In this document: positions 59,712-64,000 of the stretch, piece after piece
Layout: every line of letters begins with the position of its first letter
Numbering within the stretch: position 1 is the first letter of the stretch
Origin: Eledone cirrhosa
Taxonomy: Eukaryota
Length of the DNA stretch: 64,000 nt
Assembly: GCA_964016885.1 (NCBI GenBank)
Contig: OZ024740.1
Span: 126,728,001 to 126,792,000, forward strand
Direction: 5' to 3'
Notes under the pieces: generated by a model
The model's input: the letters and a program-made list of their open reading frames with translations, nothing else
What the model was told of the DNA's origin: nothing
The model's database searches: none
Program-made: the position numbers and the translations under genes

Positions 59712-61197
59712 TACACACACACACACACACACATACAATTATCAATATATACACACGAACATATGTACACACACACATATACACACACACATATATATAT
59801 ATATATATACATATATATACATATACATGCATATACACATATACACACATACACAACCACGCACACACACATGCATACGCATACACACACGTATATGCGT
59901 GTGTGTATGTAAAACTCAATCTTAGATAAATCATACAGACCTTACATATACGTATATATAGTAGTAAAGTATTAAAGCAACATAAGGCAATTATTCCATT
60001 TACCAAGAGTTTCTTTACCTACGGTTTTTATTTTACTGTTTCTACGTTCTGTACTCTTGTATATTTACATTTATTATATATTTTTTTCTCCTTTACCTCC
60101 CCTTATATTTTACCTTCTCCTATGTCCCCCCCCCCACCTATATTCTTTTTGCCTTGCCCTCCACATACCTATGTGTATGTGTATGTATATTTGTGTGTAT
60201 ATATGTATATATATATATGTATATATATATATGTATATATACATAACAGAACACACTCACTGTTTGGTTGGTTTTCGCTTCTCGCTGTCTTTTATATCTG
60301 CGATCTAACTTACTCGGTCCTCAATGTTGCCATTGACTGACCGGCGGTCAAAAATAATACAGATACAATATAGACACAAACACATATATATAGTTTAGAT
60401 AATTTACATAAATCTTTCGTTGCACATCTGCAACATCGTCAGTGGTGTTATATTAATTGTTCCTCCTGTTGTGTTGTATGTCTACGCCATTTTTTTATTC
60501 AGTCTGTCTATATATTTATTTATTTATTTGCTTGTTTGTTTATCTTATTTTATTTTGTCTTCTTTGCGCATGCGTTTGCGTGTGTGTATAGTGTTATGTG
60601 TGATGTGTGACTAGTGTGTATAGTGTTGTGTCTGCTGGGTGACTAGTGTGTGTTAGTCAATGGCAACATTGAGGACCGAGTAAGTTAGATCGCAGATATA
60701 AAAGACAGCGAGAAGCGAAAACCAACCAAACGGTGAGTGTGTTCTGTTATTAATTCTGGCAATATTACGCAAATATAACCCTCCCCAAATATAACAATAT
60801 ATATATATATATATATGTATATATAGATATATGTGTGTATGTGTATGTGTGTATGTATATATGTTTATACGTATGTGTGTGTGTGCCTGTGTGTATGTAT
60901 TATATACGTATGTATTTGTGTGTGTGTGTATATATGTGTATGTGTGGATAAGCCAGGTTTCTCTCATCCTGAAGATTGTAGGAAAATTTTTTTGCTTTTA
61001 AGAAACCCTTGGTAAATGGAATAATTGCCTTATGTTGCTTTAATACATTACTACTATATATACGTATATGTAAGGTCCTTATGATTTATCTAAGATTGAG
61101 TTTTACATACACACACGCATATACGTGTGTGTATGCGTATGCATGTGTGTGCGTGGTTGTGTATGTGTGTATATGTGTATATGCATGTATATGTATA

Positions 61198-61240
<43 letters not shown>

Positions 61241-61281
61241 ATGTGTGTGTGTACATATGTGCGTGTGTATATATTGATAAT

Positions 61282-61335
<54 letters not shown>

Positions 61336-61724
61336 TGTTCTGTTGTGCGTGTTTATGATATATACGTATTTGTATGTGTATAATTGTTTAGCTATGTATG
61401 TATATGTGTGTGTATGGGTACGTGTATATATATATGTGTGTGTGTACGTTTGTATTTATGTATATATATGTGTGTATATGTATGCATATATGTGTGTGTG
61501 TGCATATAGTTGTATACACATGTGTGTGTGTATAGATTGTACACTTGTGCGTGGTTATGCATGTATGCGTATGTATGCGTTTATGTATTTGTATTTGAAA
61601 TTTTTTTATGTGTGAGAGTGTGTGAATGCGTTGACTATTTCGTGCGTATGTAATTGCGCTTTTGTGTGTGTTTCTTACCACGCTTGTCTGTCCAGTTTGC
61701 TGCCTTATGTAACGGTCTCAATAT

Positions 61725-61798
<74 letters not shown>

Positions 61799-61899
61799 TT
61801 TTCCTTATATTTATTTGCGTGTGTGAATATGTAGAGGAGTGCATTTATGTATGTGTATGCATGTACGTGTGTATATATGTTTGATTGTGTGAATGTATG

Positions 61900-61959
<60 letters not shown>

Positions 61960-62600
61960 GGTATGGCTGTGTATGTATGTGTATGCGTGTACACACGCGC
62001 ATATATATATATGTATATATATGCGTGTATATATGTGTGTGTGTGTGTGTGTGTATGTGTGTGTGTTTATATGCATGTGTGTGTGCGTATGTGTGTGTGT
62101 GTATGTGTGTGTGTATATATATATATATGTATGCGTGTGTGTGTGTAGATATGTTTGTGTGTGGGGGGGGGGTGTATGTATGAATGTTTGTATATGTTTG
62201 TTTTTAGAGGAACTAAGGCAGACAGATTTCTGTATTCAGATTGGAGTCAATCCTTATCATTAGGTTTCTCTTTAGCTTACAGATGTCTGTAAGATCAGTA
62301 TGCGGTCAGTCATGGTAGATGGATTTGGAAGAAGGGGAGATTCCTTAAAAGCTAAATTCTTAAAGGTTCTAGTAAATTGACGAAGGTTTAGAGAATTCTG
62401 TAGACAATTTCTAAGTATAATCTATACAACTGTAGCCATAAATTCACGAGACACTTTCAACAGAACATACCCACTCATACACTCGCGCGCACCCATGGGC
62501 ACGCGTACGCATGCGCGTGTGCGCGCCTGCACGCACACGCATGTGTATGGGGGAAATATATTTATATTTGTATGCGCGTGCGTGCGTGCGTGCATACACA

Positions 62601-62654
<54 letters not shown>

Positions 62655-62774
62655 TATACATATACAGATTCTCATCTATATTAAAACTTTCATGCTCTGC
62701 GGTGTACTGAGTGCCTTGCTTATTATGGCTGCCTCCGATTCAACCCGAAATAACGTGTGTGTGTATGCGTGTGT

Positions 62775-62805
<31 letters not shown>

Positions 62806-63052
62806 AGTGTGTGTGCTTTTATGTTTTTTCGTGTATGTGTGGTTGTATGTGTAGTCTTATTTTATTTTTCCTTTCCTTCTTCCTTCTCCAGCCTCACTTT
62901 CATATAGCTTGCTTTTTTGTTTTTAAGATCCAAATTCAATAAACAAACCAGGATTTTTTCATTCTGAGGATTGAAAGCAAAACCTTTTGCTTTTAAGAAA
63001 CCACTGGTAAATGGAATAATTGCCTTATGTTGTTTATTACATAATAATAATT
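58010..63052. repeat. ~5-kb inverted duplication with ~2-kb arms (58010-60016 / ~60998-63052) and an inner inverted pair (60243-60338 / 60655-60750)
   Basis: Unique blocks mirror each other (58285-58380 vs 62660-62757; 58560-58865 vs 62185-62490); microsatellite lengths differ between arms. Confidence 0.93.
62958..63015 (+). ncRNA. Type I hammerhead, canonical core (family E); other copies at 58043-58101 (-) and 60964-61019 (+, weaker stem II)
   Basis: TTCATT CTGAGGA TTGAAAGCAAAA cc TTTTGCTTTTAA GAAA CCACTGG TA AATGGA. Confidence 0.87.
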
Positions 63053-63243
63053 AAGCTCTGTTGCTTACATAGAGCACTCTTTGTTCCTGGACTTTTCCGA
63101 TGGAATTACTTCACATATATATATATATGTATATATATTCAGTACACAAGGATGCAATTCACTTCTCTCACTCAACGTTATTGTAATATGTATGACGGCT
63201 CAATTAATAAAGGACACTAACTTCTTCAACTTCGCATTTTCAT

Positions 63244-63305
<62 letters not shown>

Positions 63306-63544
63306 AATGGTGTGCTCATGCAGAGATTCTATAAAATAGCTTCTAAACAAGGGTGAATATTTTAAAGACGGCAAAAGATGTTACTATCGGCCGCTTTGAC
63401 GAATCGGATCCATATCTCCCAGATACCGGCCAGGTATATAAGTATATATACTTTAACACTTTTACTACATTTTTCAGTCAAACTATTAAGTTTTGTCAAT
63501 TATATAGTCACCATTACTTATTTTTCAAATTGTTTTATATTATA

Positions 63545-64000
63545 CTAGCAGATTTACCCGGCGTTGCTCGGGGTTTGAAATTATGCTAAGAATATACAGC
63601 TAGCAAGTAAAAGAAGAACATTATTTGTCCCCAACCTAACAAAATAAGCAGAAGTCTTCAATAATTAATGCAAACGAATATTTAGGGCAATCTTTGTACA
63701 CATAAAACTATGCTGATAATGAAGGAAAACACTGAACAGGATGTAGTTATACAAATAATTAAAGACAATACACGTTGCAAATCTGTAAAAAGACAGGCAG
63801 TTTTGCTAAAGTACAAAAAGGTGTAATGAAAGCAGTGTTGTATACAAACAAAACAATAATGAGAGTAGAATAAGAGAAAATCTATTCTTTCAGAGCATCC
63901 TTTGCTGTGTATGGTTAAATTTTGAACTTATAATCCAAAATATCCTGCATGACATATTCATTGGTATGCTTTGTAATGAGTAAGGTGATCTTAGTAAGCA
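63545..64000 (-). mobile_element. Helitron 3' end; element continues beyond the window
   Basis: A|CTAGCAGATTTACCCGGCGTTGCTCGGG, same terminal hairpin + CTAG as at 7272. Confidence 0.75.

Overview
Gene-poor, AT-rich animal genomic DNA, almost entirely repeats. The SINE families and microsatellite load suggest an octopus/cephalopod genome (inference). No host protein-coding gene is supported; most listed ORFs are microsatellite translations. The window holds at least seven Penelope-like retroelement (PLE) copies (Naiad-type and Neptune-type RT + GIY-YIG), an internally deleted Helitron plus other Helitron ends, Tx1/L1-like and RTE-like LINE remnants, tRNA-derived SINEs, and long (TA)n, (TG)n, (GA)n and (GAA)n tracts. 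The main signal, found by hand-folding, is about 28 type-I hammerhead ribozyme motifs in about 10 distinct sequence families. Several carry non-canonical cores (compensatory U3-A8; U4C). They sit in PLE pseudo-LTRs and in non-coding tandem or fold-back units of ~420-430, 591 and ~2000 nt that resemble retrozymes, nearly all bounded by (TA)n and often forming genomic palindromes. Also notable: permuted leader copies joined exactly at a predicted ribozyme cleavage site, and an in-phase U UUU UUA -1 frameshift site linking ORF1 and RT in the near-complete Neptune-type PLE. All ribozyme calls are structural predictions by eye, not tested for activity.
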